Positions 8,197-18,741 of a stretch of DNA of 64,000 nt are shown piece after piece (the first letter of the stretch is position 1; each line of letters begins with the position of its first letter). The notes beneath the pieces were generated by a model. That model was not told the origin of the DNA and made no database searches. It saw only the letters and a list, made by a program, of their open reading frames with translations. This DNA is from Candidatus Bathyarchaeota archaeon. GTDB lineage: Archaea > Thermoproteota > Bathyarchaeia > Bathyarchaeales > Bathycorpusculaceae. A program made the position numbers and the translations under genes. The stretch covers positions 1-64,000 of the forward strand of contig CAVTBV010000005.1 of assembly GCA_963733095.1 (NCBI GenBank), in the 5' to 3' direction.

Positions 8197-11100
8197 ACGC
8201 AACGCAAGAACAGCAAATCATCCTAGTGCAACGCCTCAAAGAAAAAGAGCTATCAGTTGACCGCTTTTTAAAAGTCGGACCCGACAAAGCAGCCTTTGAA
8301 ATGGAGTTTCAAAAACTACCCTATAGCCCAAGCGACTTAGCAAGCTACGACCCATGCAACTGCAAATACTGCCACGGAACACAACCACATAAAAGATGGG
8401 GAATACTCGGCAAAGACTTCTTAGTTTTAGTTGACACCGACAAAAAAGAAATGTATGATAATTTAAGCAAAGTTCTCCCTGAAACTTTTGAAGTAACAAG
8501 CCCACGTAGAGGTTTACCGCATAAATATTTTTGCGTATGCGGCGAACAAGTCCCAAATAAAACTCTATACTTAGAGGGGGATGTTGACGACAAAGGCAGA
8601 CCTAACGGCGCTGGAGAGATTCGAGCACAAAACGAGTACTTAGTAGCTCCTGGCACAGAAATCACTTACAAAGACTTAACGACAAGTGAAGAAAAAACTG
8701 GAATGTACGTTATCTCCAAAAACGTACCAATCGCACGGATCGAATACGCCGAATTTATGGCCGCTGTGAAAACTTATTTCGGCAAAAATCAATCCCAAAA
8801 TATAACACGTGAAGAAATGGCTAACGGTGTTTCATCTGGAATGCGTCATGCTAAAGGTATAAGGTACGCTTGCCACTTAATCGGAAAAACAAAACTTGAC
8901 GCAGAAACAGCCTTTTTTGAGATGCAAAGATGGAATCAACTAAACAACCCTCCAATGGATGAAAAAGACCTTAAACGCCAAGTAAGAGATGCTTGCAGAT
9001 ACATAGCCAACGAAAACCAAATTCCAATAGAGCAAGTGATTGGATGCGGTGGAATAAAGAACCCAATATTTGTAGAGATAGACCAAGACGATTTAAAGGC
9101 AAAAACAGAACCAATTATACCAGGCGACATAAAAAAAGTCACGTATGCTGAAGCCCAGTCTCTTTTAGCACAAGGTTACGAAGTAACAAAAAGATATGCA
9201 GAAACGGTGGTAGTTGAGAGAAAAGCTTCAGGTTCAGAACAAACAAACGACGATGATAAGCCGATTGAAAGTCAAGCTGATCGACTAATAAAATATTGCC
9301 TTGATGAAATTCCAGAACTGTTTTTCGATCAACATGGCACACAATACGTCAGGGTTAAGTTAGCATTTAATCCTTTAACGCTCTTAGAAAAGGAGCTTGA
9401 TTTAGGCAATAAATCACGACATCACGACATTAACGATAAAAGTAACACCAATAGGGAAACCCCAAAAAATGAAGATGAAGAGAAAATAGAGGGTTCCCCT
9501 AAGAAGGCAGAAACACCGTTAATAGCGAGATGTCGTGATTACAAAAAGAAAATACAAGAGCTAAAAGAGCAACTTAAGGAAGCAAAAACCGACGACGAAC
9601 GCGAAGCAATAATTAACGCTATGCAATCGGAAAAACAAAACTTGCCCAAGCGAAACGTGATAATGCCTATTGAAAGTCAACAGTTCCGGAAATGGTTAGC
9701 TTATCTTATGTATGAAGCCGAAGAGAAAGTACCTGGAGGCGACAGCGTAAGAAATGCGATAAGTGTTCTTGGAGGTAAAATTCAAAAAGAAAGGCCGACA
9801 ATTCACGTTATATAACCGAGTAGCCCCGGCTGAAGCTGGAATATTCTTAGACATGTGTGATGATTCATGGCGAGCCATTAAAGTAACCGTTGAAGGCTGG
9901 GAGATTGTCAACGAAACCCCGTTTCCGCTTTTCAAACGCTATGCACATCAACAGCCACTAGTCGAACCTTTAACGGATAAAAAACAAGGCTCCGCATGGA
10001 AACTTTTGGAATTTATTAATATAAAAAGCAGTGATGCAAACTCAAAATTAGCCTTGCTGTGTTCAGTAATTAGTTATTGGATTCCCCTGATAGCTCACCC
10101 GGCTATAGTTGCAAGCGGCGCTCAAGGTACGTGTAAAAGTTGGTTTTTCAATGTTATCCGACAAGTGATTGACCCATCAAGCATTCCACTATTAACTGTG
10201 CCTAAAGATGATAGAGAAATGGCTCAACATTTAGAGCACAATTGGTTGACTCCTTATGATAATATTTCCAGTTTACCGAGCTGGGCTAGTAATATGTTAT
10301 GTCGCGCCGTAACTGGGGGAGGCATTGCAGTAAGAAAACTATACACCGACGACGAGGACATAATCTTAAACTTTAAAAGGTGTATCATGCTTAATGGAAT
10401 CAACGTAAGTGCTCAGAGCAGTGACCTTTTAGACCGATCCTTCATTTTTGCTTTAGAAACCATAAATAAACGTAAAACAGAAAAACAGTTATCAATCGAA
10501 TTGGAAAAAGCTAAACCTATTATCCTAACAGGGTTTCTTAATGTCTTGTCTAAAGCACTCAAAATTTATCCATCGGTCGAACTTAAAGAAATTCAACGGT
10601 TAAGCGACTTTCACTTTTACGGCTGTGCCATTGCTGAAGCGTTAGATAAATCTCAAGATCAGTTTAGCGAAGCATACAGAGAGAAAGTAAAAGCTCAGAA
10701 TGAAGAAGCATTAAACAACCAAGTGGCTTTAGCGGTTTTGAAATTTGCAGAGTTAACCGTTAAACCTATAGACACTGTGGATTTCGCTGGAACACCATTA
10801 AAATCTTACTGGATAGATCAGCCTTCAGCCTTATTTGCGAAACTAAATTACATTGCCGTTAATATTCTGAGCATTGACATAAAGACTAACAAAGAATGGC
10901 CGCGAAGCCCAGGCGCATTAACAAGAAAAATAAACGTTTTAATACCTAACCTGAAAGCGGTCGGGGTAGAAATTGTTAATTATTCGACGCATCCACGGCA
11001 AATAAGCATAGACGCAAAAAACCTAATAGTAAAAGAGCCTCCTTCCGATCCAGCAACAAACGCTATGGGAAAACGCTATTGCCGTGGCGAATGCGAAAAT

Positions 11101-11226
11101 TTCCGTTCTGCCGATTGCAAAAGACCCGATACGATGTTTGGGGAGAAAATAAAACTTTCTGAAACCGCTGAAATTCCTAAAGAGTGCCCAGGTTACAGTC
11201 AAGTTGGTTCTGGGGAGGCTTCTTAG
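8193..11226 (+). CDS. Primase-polymerase/PriCT fused to P-loop helicase/ATPase, +1 frameshift near 9790
   Basis: LVLVDTD, GLPHKYF, EIRAQNEYLVAPG prim-pol motifs; WNQLNNPPMDEKDL PriCT; GAQGTCKS Walker A, YDN Walker B, DLLDR; one extra A in CAAAAAGAAAGGC joins ORFs 8193..9815 and 9763..11226. Confidence 0.85.
9412..9540. repeat. Nested inverted repeat inside primase gene, candidate element origin
   Basis: AATCACGACATC 9412-9423 / GATGTCGTGATT 9529-9540; ATTAACG/CGTTAAT; TAGGGAAACCC/GGGTTCCCCTA; tandem CACGACAT. Confidence 0.65.
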
Positions 11227-12360
11227 TTGGAACCTCAAGTTCAAATCGCTAACCTTGTTTGCCCTGAATGCGGCAGCGATAAAGCTTTTAAAAATGGCAC
11301 TAGAGAGCTACCAAACGGCGAAATAAAGCAGCGCTATATGTGCCGTCAATGCATGCACAGATATACGTTCCCACCAGCCTTAAAAGTCAAGGATAATGTA
11401 GATAACAACAACCAAATAGGCGCCTTTAAGGTGAAAAACTTGGTTCTCACAACCCAAAATGAAGTTGTGGGTGATAACGCAAAATTATTCGACTTCCTAG
11501 AATGGATGAAACAGCAAGGCTATAAAAAATCAACTATTGATAGAAGGCAATCAGCTTTAACAGGGCTACAAAAACTTAAGGCAAACTTAGAAATGCCCGA
11601 ATCAGTAAAATCCGTTATATCAAAACAGGAACATTGGAAAGACTCGCAAAAACAAGTAGTGGTATTTGCTTATGATCTCTACGCTAAACATTACGGTTTC
11701 ACATGGGATAGACCATATTACGAAGCAATCCGCGAACTGCCATTTATCCCTCAAGAACGAGAAATTGACGATTTAATTGCAGGTGTCAACAAAGAAATAG
11801 GCTTGCTCTTGCTAATTGCAAAAGAAACAGGTGCTAGAGCTGGAGAAATTTACGGTTTACTATGGACTGACATTGACTTTGAATCTAAAACATTAAGCAT
11901 AAGGGCAGAAAAAAACAGCAATCCAAGACGCTTTATATTAAAACCTAAACTTCTTAACATGCTTGAATGCTATCCTAAATCAACTGAAAGTATTTTCAGC
12001 CGCTACAAATCCTTGAATGACCTGAGACGTACTTTTGAAAGACAACGGAAACGGCTTGCTTACAAACTATCAAATCCCAGGATGCACAAAATAAAAATCC
12101 ATACATTAAGACATTGGAAAGGAACCACTGAGTACGATAAAACAAAAGATATTCTCCATGTTATGCAAGTGCTTGGACACAAGAACATCAAGAATACTTT
12201 GCTCTATACGCAGCTTGTTAGTGTTGGTGAAGATAAAGGGTTTATTTGCAAGGTAGCTAAAACCCCGACTGAAGCAGTTGCATTGATTGAAGATGGCTTT
12301 GAATTGCATTGTTGTTATGGCGAAAAAGACGAAGTTAAACTGTTTAGGAAGAAAAAATGA
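11227..12360 (+). CDS. int: Tyrosine integrase with N-terminal zinc ribbon
   Basis: CPECG...CRQC ribbon; TGARAGE, HTLRH, LGH, Y catalytic set intact; adjacent to tRNA. Confidence 0.93.
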   Translation: MEPQVQIANLVCPECGSDKAFKNGTRELPNGEIKQRYMCRQCMHRYTFPPALKVKDNVDNNNQIGAFKVKNLVLTTQNEVVGDNAKLFDFLEWMKQQGYKKSTIDRRQSALTGLQKLKANLEMPESVKSVISKQEHWKDSQKQVVVFAYDLYAKHYGFTWDRPYYEAIRELPFIPQEREIDDLIAGVNKEIGLLLLIAKETGARAGEIYGLLWTDIDFESKTLSIRAEKNSNPRRFILKPKLLNMLECYPKSTESIFSRYKSLNDLRRTFERQRKRLAYKLSNPRMHKIKIHTLRHWKGTTEYDKTKDILHVMQVLGHKNIKNTLLYTQLVSVGEDKGFICKVAKTPTEAVALIEDGFELHCCYGEKDEVKLFRKKK

Positions 12361-12363
12361 TAA

Positions 12364-12405
12364 TGTCGCATGTTTATGACGACACTGTAAAAGTGTCGTA
12401 TGTTT
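12364..12405. repeat. Putative integrase arm-type sites
   Basis: TGTCGCATGTTT 12364-12375 and TGTCGTATGTTT 12394-12405; inverted ACGACACT/AGTGTCGT. Confidence 0.6.
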
Positions 12406-12422
12406 GTCCAAAGTTACCATGG

Positions 12423-12499
12423 TGGTGCCGAGGGCAGGGTTTGAACATGCGACGACTCGGTCTTCAGCCGAGCGCTCTCCCAGGCTGAGCTACCTCGGC
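12423..12499 (-). tRNA. tRNA-Phe(GAA)
   Basis: GCCGAGG...CTCGG CTGAAGA CCGAG...TTCAAAC...CCTCGGC A CCA cloverleaf. Confidence 0.95.
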
Positions 12500-12567
12500 A
12501 CATAACCCGGGACACCACATCACAGATGAAATGAGGTGTTTTAAAGTTTTCTGATGCATTCTTTCTC

Positions 12568-12690
12568 TTAGATGCCCAGTAAAGTATAGTGGTTCATTAG
12601 GAGGTATCCGACTAATGCGCTGCCTATAAAACAAGTAAAAATCAAGACGCCATCGTGTTTGTGTTCTTCAAATCGGTCATTCTCATGCAA
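12568..12690 (-). CDS. Possible 40-aa membrane peptide
   Basis: TTG with AGGAG upstream; GVLIFTCFIGSALVGYLLM hydrophobic stretch. Confidence 0.35.
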   Translation of the reverse strand: MHENDRFEEHKHDGVLIFTCFIGSALVGYLLMNHYTLLGI

Positions 12691-12775
12691 TTTTTTCGTT
12701 CTCCTGACTATAGTTTCTGTGTTTGATAGGTAAAGGTTTTATGAAGGAAACCTATGTATTGACAATCTAAAATGC

Positions 12776-12852
12776 GGGCCGTTAGTCTAGCTGGCTAGGA
12801 CGTCGCCCTCACGCGGCGAAGATCACCGGTTCAAATCCGGTACGGCCCACCA
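12776..12852 (+). tRNA. tRNA-Val(CAC)
   Basis: GGGCCGT...TCGCC CTCACGC GGCGA...ACCGGTTCAAATCCGGT ACGGCCC A CCA. Confidence 0.96.
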
Positions 12853-12954
12853 ATTCTTTTATCTATCAAATCAACCGTCTTCTATTCTCTGTTTTATTGA
12901 CTTAATAATTAACGCTTATTAATCTAGAAAGAGAAATAATATTAGTGACTTTTT

Positions 12955-13245
12955 ATGCATCGAAAAACAACTTTCCTTATTGCAGGAATTTTTCTGGCAG
13001 TGGCGTTAATTGTGCCTCCTGTAGTTTTAGTGCTCCAGGCCGACAACGACTTGGACAACTACATCACTTCCCAGAACCCAACTGGGCACCAAACTGGCGG
13101 CAACATTACCGTGCTTACTCCTGCGGAATTACAGGAAAATCATAACACAGTCTTTATCGTTGTGTTAGTGGTTGAAGTGGTTTTTGTTGCCTTGTTTGTG
13201 GTAACGATGTATTATGGCATTAACCTCCCGCATCCAGAACATTAA
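12955..13245 (+). CDS. Two-TM hypothetical protein
   Basis: Two hydrophobic helices. Confidence 0.75.
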   Translation: MHRKTTFLIAGIFLAVALIVPPVVLVLQADNDLDNYITSQNPTGHQTGGNITVLTPAELQENHNTVFIVVLVVEVVFVALFVVTMYYGINLPHPEH

Positions 13246-13465
13246 CCTTCAAATCAACTGATATTTTCCAGTTAAAACAGCCGTTGTATGAGAGTTCCGA
13301 AAACCCATACACTTCAAAGGTAGATTCAATTATCAAATAACTACTGAGAAGTCAACTAAGAGACCGCTTGGTTTGATGTTGTACTTACACAGTCACAAAT
13401 TTATAAAAGCATTCAACCCTCAAATATTTGTAGCGTAATCGACCTATATTTAGGAGGTGCAATTT

Positions 13466-13666
13466 ATGCCTGAAACATCCGTTAACATAACCGAGAAGCT
13501 ACAACAAATAGGGAAAACAGCTCAAGATTACAAAGACGCAATCGTTAGCCAATTCAAAGACATGGAAGTTGAAGTTAAAGATTGGAACTTCGCGGTTGGA
13601 AAAGCTGAAAATGAATATACTGTTGAAGTAAACCTTAAACTTGGCATTCGCTCAAAAAAAGCTTAA
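13466..13666 (+). CDS. Small hypothetical protein
   Basis: AGGAGGTG RBS. Confidence 0.75.
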   Translation: MPETSVNITEKLQQIGKTAQDYKDAIVSQFKDMEVEVKDWNFAVGKAENEYTVEVNLKLGIRSKKA

Positions 13667-13707
13667 GCCAAAACAGGTCAAACTAAACCCCTTTCTTTAA
13701 GTTTAGC

Positions 13708-14943
13708 CTAAGTGATTGTTTGGTTCCAATAGTAAACTTTCGAGTAATTTCCCTGCAGCGCAAATGCCGGATCATCGTAGACTATGTCTAAGTGCAAACC
13801 GTATTTGTTGAGAAGCGTTTGGGTATTGTTCCAGATTAAAGCTGATTTGTCGTCTGGACCCCAAAAACCCCAAATCTTATCTGTTGGACTTCTTAGGCCT
13901 GAGCCATAATCTTTGGGCAAAACCAACGCCGCTTCAGCATGAGCAGAGTTCGGGCTTGATTTTGTCACAACTTGACTCCAAAAGTTCTCAAGCACCTCGA
14001 AATCCTCCTCAGTCAATACACCATAGGGGTTACTAGTTGAGTTGTAGGGGTAGTCAAAGATGGTGATGTATTTTGCTCCAGCATTGAAGGATGTTACTAG
14101 TTGATTGTAAATGTTTTCGCTCGTGTCCAGATAGGGCGGCTGTGTGTACTTCCAAGTTATGATTGTACCCCACTCTTTGTTCTGCAAGGTTGCTGCACCT
14201 CGCAGGAGCGAGATCTGCTCGTTCACACTGGCATTCCAGCCCAGTTGTGCAAAAAGTTTGTCGTAACCTCCAAGGTAATCAAACCAGTAGAGTGCGTAAT
14301 CTGAAGTGAAGGATGTTATGTTGTATGTTTTGAGGTCGTTGTGTCCTCTGTTTCGCTCCAGAAGCTGATTAAACCATTGTGCTTCCAGGGTATAATTCTG
14401 TGGTGAGGTTCCAGTTAGGTTTGCTTGTTGGAGTTTATTGTAGATTGGAGTTAGGCTAAGAGGATTGATTGTTCCATTTGGACCGAAGATCAGCCTGTTT
14501 TCTGCAAATTGCTTTGTCCAGTTCCAATCCAGAGGTATTCCGCCAGGTTCATCATCGTAGTAGGCGCCAAGAAATTTGTCGCCATAGATTGTTCGGGATG
14601 TATTTAGGAAGGTAATTTGCCAGGGCCAATTGTTTGGGGTCCATGAACCTATGTTTATTATAATGTTTAAGCCAGCGTCCACTGCGTAGTCGCAAATTTC
14701 TCTTGCTGCTGTTTCGTTGGTGCTTATGGGATTTATGCCTGAGTCCAAGATGAAGAGGTTGGTGTAGTTTTTTGTTTTGTCTATGAGGAGTTTGGCTTGG
14801 GCTACGGTGTCGCCGCCGAAGGCTACGCCGACGTAAACGGGGTCTTCTTGGCGGCTGTTTTTAGAGTGAGAAACGAGAAGAACAGCGGAGGCAGAGACCA
14901 GAATTATGATTAGAATCAGTGCGAGGATGCGTGGTTGTTTCAT
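13708..14943 (-). CDS. Membrane-anchored/secreted hypothetical protein, possibly GH-like TIM barrel
   Basis: N-terminal anchor; GAYYDDEPGG motif. Confidence 0.8.
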   Translation of the reverse strand: MKQPRILALILIIILVSASAVLLVSHSKNSRQEDPVYVGVAFGGDTVAQAKLLIDKTKNYTNLFILDSGINPISTNETAAREICDYAVDAGLNIIINIGSWTPNNWPWQITFLNTSRTIYGDKFLGAYYDDEPGGIPLDWNWTKQFAENRLIFGPNGTINPLSLTPIYNKLQQANLTGTSPQNYTLEAQWFNQLLERNRGHNDLKTYNITSFTSDYALYWFDYLGGYDKLFAQLGWNASVNEQISLLRGAATLQNKEWGTIITWKYTQPPYLDTSENIYNQLVTSFNAGAKYITIFDYPYNSTSNPYGVLTEEDFEVLENFWSQVVTKSSPNSAHAEAALVLPKDYGSGLRSPTDKIWGFWGPDDKSALIWNNTQTLLNKYGLHLDIVYDDPAFALQGNYSKVYYWNQTIT

Positions 14944-15125
14944 CCGCTTATTGTCTCCGTTAGGTTAAACGCGCTTTGAGTAACCTTCCTCAATACTATA
15001 CGGCTTGTTTGAATATAAGAGTTGCAATATCTGCTGGTTGCCCATAGGAATCTTTCGTTGTACCAAAACAGATAAAAACGTGGCTTTGCATCCATCACAA
15101 CGAATTAACACAAGAGGATACATCC

Positions 15126-15329
15126 ATGCCATCTGAAATTACTGATGTTGAAAAATTCGTGGCCATGAGTGCCAAAGCAAAACAATGCCAAGTGAAAAGG
15201 CTCAAGGACACTGTAAAATTGAAGCTCAGAATGCCCAGCCAACTCTACACCCTGAAGATTGAGCCGCTGCGAGCAGACGAAATCATAAAGAGGCTCCAGT
15301 GCACAATCAAAGAAGAAGAAAAAGACTAA
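15126..15329 (+). CDS. rpl38e: Ribosomal protein eL38
   Basis: MPSEITDVEKF...VKLKLRMPSQLYTLKI matches the L38e pattern. Confidence 0.85.
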   Translation: MPSEITDVEKFVAMSAKAKQCQVKRLKDTVKLKLRMPSQLYTLKIEPLRADEIIKRLQCTIKEEEKD

Positions 15330-15638
15330 CTCTTTTCTTAGATATTTTTTGTCTATGCCAAAAGGGCAATTCTAAACCCAAATATTCTGTGATATGTCTC
15401 TCATATATTTCAATTCATACAATTAGAAGCCATATTTCACATTCTGACCCTAAGACAATCTGAATATCCTTTGCCAACATGCTGTTGAGTTTTAATCAAT
15501 ATTCCTTATGGATCTGGTTTATTGACACAAGCTTTTAGGCCTTTGTTGGTGCTCATTTTCTGCGTTTAGCAAGTCTGCTTATTTTCGTTTTCGTTACTTA
15601 TCGTGCTTTCCATAGTTCACTAGAAAAAGAGGTCTTAG

Positions 15639-15917
15639 ATGAAAAAGCTTTAACGTAGATAGAATGAAAATCTATGGCGACTTGCTCTTGATTCTTTCCA
15701 GTGAATCGAATGATGAAAAGATTATTCTCACTTGTGTCCAACTTAAAATAAATGTTCCCTTTGACAGACTGAAAACCTATATCAGTGAACTAAAGGAACT
15801 TGGCTTATTCAGGATGAAACATCATTAAAATTAACCGACAAGGGCAAACAATACCTCAGAGAGTACGAGTCAGTTCTTGATTTTATGAATCGCATGGGTC
15901 TAACATACCTTAGGTAA
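15639..15917 (+). pseudogene. Winged-helix regulator pseudogene
   Basis: RMKIYGDLLLIL...NVPFDRLKTYISELKELG / LKLTDKGKQYLREY split by frameshifts and stops. Confidence 0.7.
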
Positions 15918-16399
15918 TTTGATACGAGTTTGCTTTGAAGTAACGAATTTTTACTCACCTATCGTGAGCGCCCCTTAAGCATAAAAAAGCATTTCTAACT
16001 CGAGGTATGGAGGAATGAAGGTGAGAATCGAAAGACCCAAAAACTGAATTATCTTTTGCTTTAACTCTGCTACAAATTATTGTTAAGAAATTGTCCGTCA
16101 CCTTTAAGTCCCACACATAACCGAAACCCAAACAAGAGTTAGTACTAAAAAATCAGTACTTTTTGCAGTTGTTGGATCTCAGCAATTCTCTTTGGCATAA
16201 ACTTGTTATTGGAGAGCGATGCAGATGCAAACAGTGTTTTTTCGATTATTCTAATCGTCGTAGGAGTTGTTGACATCGTGGGTGCCAGCTACGCAGCACG
16301 TTTTCTGTTTTCTTGCATGTCAAAAACCACGTGAGACTTCTTTATCTTTTTATGCTTGTCCACATTAAATAAACTTCAATATAAACGGTGTAAACTCTT

Positions 16400-17662
16400 A
16401 TGGCTGATCCAACCTCCTCTTTCGTACTTCAATTATCGATTTTGCTTGTCGCTGCAATAGCTGGTGGTTTACTGATTAAGAGGTTTGGTTATCCTGTCGC
16501 ATTAGGTGAGCTCTTAGTAGGGATAATCCTTGGACCTTCAGTGTTTAATCTAATTTCTGAACAAGCGACTGTAAACGTATTTGCGGAGTTAGGTGCCATA
16601 ATTCTGCTTTTTTACATCGGTCTAGAAACAGAAATGAGTAATCTGCGAAAGCAACTTCTTCCCTCAATTTCGGTGGGCGTTCTCGGCGCCATAGTGCCGT
16701 TAGTGCTGTGCTACTATACAGCACTTGCATTAGGTATTTCCAACAATGAAGCACTTTTCTTAGGCATAGTCTTCACAGCGACAAGCATCGGAATCACCAT
16801 TCGTTTACTAAAAGACATGGGCAAACTAAACAACCCCGTTGGATTAACGGTTCTAGGCGCCGGCATCGTAGATGATGTAGTGGCAGTAATTCTCCTGTCG
16901 GTTGTTCTAAACATGCTTTCCGGCAACGTAAACACTTTGGACACAGCATTAGTTGTGATAAAAGCCATTGCGTTTTGGATAATCATAGTTTTGTTAGGCT
17001 CAAAGGTTCTAATCCCTATCATCGACCGAATCCGACTTGACAATGAATATTTCATCCTTTTCTTGCTTGCATACGGCTTCTTAGCGGCTTACATCTCTGC
17101 AACAATTGGCTTATCAGCCATAGTTGGAGCATTCGCAGCAGGTTTACCCTTAACAAGGAGACAGGGTAAAGTAAAGATGGTTCTTGAACAAACAAAAAGC
17201 TTGTACATGTTCTTTGTTCCCATATTCTTCATCTCAATAGGCACCCTGATTAATCTCACTGTTTTCGGTGAAGCAGCCTTTCTTGGACTAATAATAACCG
17301 CTGTGGCATTTATCGGAAAGATAACAGGCAGTTTTGTCGCTGCCAGGGCAAATAAATTTTCAGTTCGAGATTCTCTCAAGATAGGTGTTAGCATGACTCC
17401 TCGAGGAGAAATGGGGTTAATCATTGCAAGCCTTGGATTGACAAGTGGATTGATTTCTACCAAAACCTACTCAATAGGCGTGATGGCAGTTATCTTAACA
17501 ACGTTCATAGCGATTCCTATACTGAAGATGATATTAACAAGCAAGAAGGAAGACCCGTTGTTACGTGCCATCAAAAAGAAACCTGACCCAAAAGTCAAAA
17601 TTCAACCTTCACGGCAAGATGAAAAGTCGCAAAATCAAGAAAATGAAAATACAGAAGAATAA
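16400..17662 (+). CDS. Cation/H+ antiporter (CPA2)
   Basis: GIILGPS, LFYIGLE, TATS, DD, PRGE motifs. Confidence 0.92.
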   Translation: MADPTSSFVLQLSILLVAAIAGGLLIKRFGYPVALGELLVGIILGPSVFNLISEQATVNVFAELGAIILLFYIGLETEMSNLRKQLLPSISVGVLGAIVPLVLCYYTALALGISNNEALFLGIVFTATSIGITIRLLKDMGKLNNPVGLTVLGAGIVDDVVAVILLSVVLNMLSGNVNTLDTALVVIKAIAFWIIIVLLGSKVLIPIIDRIRLDNEYFILFLLAYGFLAAYISATIGLSAIVGAFAAGLPLTRRQGKVKMVLEQTKSLYMFFVPIFFISIGTLINLTVFGEAAFLGLIITAVAFIGKITGSFVAARANKFSVRDSLKIGVSMTPRGEMGLIIASLGLTSGLISTKTYSIGVMAVILTTFIAIPILKMILTSKKEDPLLRAIKKKPDPKVKIQPSRQDEKSQNQENENTEE

Positions 17663-17681
17663 AATAACCCTCTAGAACGCT

Positions 17682-17945
17682 TTGATGTACATTTGTTCAA
17701 CAATTATTACGAATACGGTTTTTGTGCAAAGTCTTATAAATGCAGATAGCAGAAGAAAAGTGGGAAACGCCTTGGAGACTTGGGTCTTCGTTGCTATCTT
17801 AGTGTTGTCTGGCTTCGTATTACTAAGCTGCGGCTTAAAAGATGCAGGAATTAGCTTTTCCTTTATATTAGCTGGAGCAATCACTGCAAGTTTTAGCTTA
17901 CTCGCGTTCGTTAAGAAATTCAGGAAATTGTTGGCGCAAATTTAG
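17682..17945 (+). CDS. Small membrane protein
   Basis: Two hydrophobic segments; start uncertain. Confidence 0.5.
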   Translation: MMYICSTIITNTVFVQSLINADSRRKVGNALETWVFVAILVLSGFVLLSCGLKDAGISFSFILAGAITASFSLLAFVKKFRKLLAQI

Positions 17946-18027
17946 AAACACTAAGTAGAAACAACATTAAATTTGCTTAATTAAGATGAAAAATACTTAG
18001 ATTTAGGAAAGGCAAGCTCGCCCTATT

Positions 18028-18741
18028 TTAAATCATTTTGTTTCCAAACTTGTTGTAGTGAGTGAAATCTGCTGTGTCCCGTCGTACTTGAAGGTATTTA
18101 GCTGCTCCAGTTGGATGCCCCAAACGGCAAGTGTAAGCAATCTTTAGTTGTTCAGGAATACCAAGGACCTGCTTTACCTGTTTTTCTACTGGTTGCGCAG
18201 CGAAAGCACTGAGAATCTGCAAACTAATTCCCAAAGACTGAGCCATAAGCCACATGTTCTCCATAACGCAACCAAGACTCATGAATCCCAAAACATCGCC
18301 TTCAGACGCTGGCGCCCTCTTTTTTGGGTCATAAACCACAATCAGAAGGCAAGGGCTACCCCGAATGGACTGGGTAAGTGGCATAGGCTCACTTTTGTGG
18401 GCAACCTCAGCCATTTTCGATGGGTCAACCCAAGCAGGAGGAAACATGGCGCCTAAAATTCCAGTCTTCTTTTTGAGCAATTCTTCTTTAGAGAACGAAA
18501 GCTGCTCATAGTTCTCTCGCAGAAACTCTTCAGAAATCCGCGATTTCACATTTCCAATTATCTCTAAAACCTCTTTATCATCGACAACGACGATTTCGAA
18601 GTTTTGCATATTGTGGGCGGTAGGTGCCCATCGTCCTGCATCCAAAATCTGCTGCAGATGTTCTTTTGATACTTTTTGGTTGGGGTCGAAGGGGACTCTT
18701 GCTGATTGTCTTTCTTGAATTATTCTTTGGACTTCATTCAT
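18028..18741 (-). CDS. Nitroreductase family protein
   Basis: RQSAR, WAPTAHNMQ, ENMWLMAQSLG. Confidence 0.92.
   Translation of the reverse strand: MNEVQRIIQERQSARVPFDPNQKVSKEHLQQILDAGRWAPTAHNMQNFEIVVVDDKEVLEIIGNVKSRISEEFLRENYEQLSFSKEELLKKKTGILGAMFPPAWVDPSKMAEVAHKSEPMPLTQSIRGSPCLLIVVYDPKKRAPASEGDVLGFMSLGCVMENMWLMAQSLGISLQILSAFAAQPVEKQVKQVLGIPEQLKIAYTCRLGHPTGAAKYLQVRRDTADFTHYNKFGNKMI

Larger units (their letters stand above)
1..12422. mobile_element. Integrative element/provirus inserted at the tRNA-Phe 3' end; left end lies outside the window
   Basis: Tyrosine integrase ends 63 bp from the tRNA-Phe CCA end; primase-helicase, RHH/wHTH regulators and dense small ORFs; no second copy of the tRNA 3' end seen in 1-12 kb. 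Confidence 0.88.

Noticed and set aside
9763-9815. Programmed frameshift between primase and helicase
   Set aside because: Needs a +1 shift, is explained by one extra A, and neighbouring genes have similar indels
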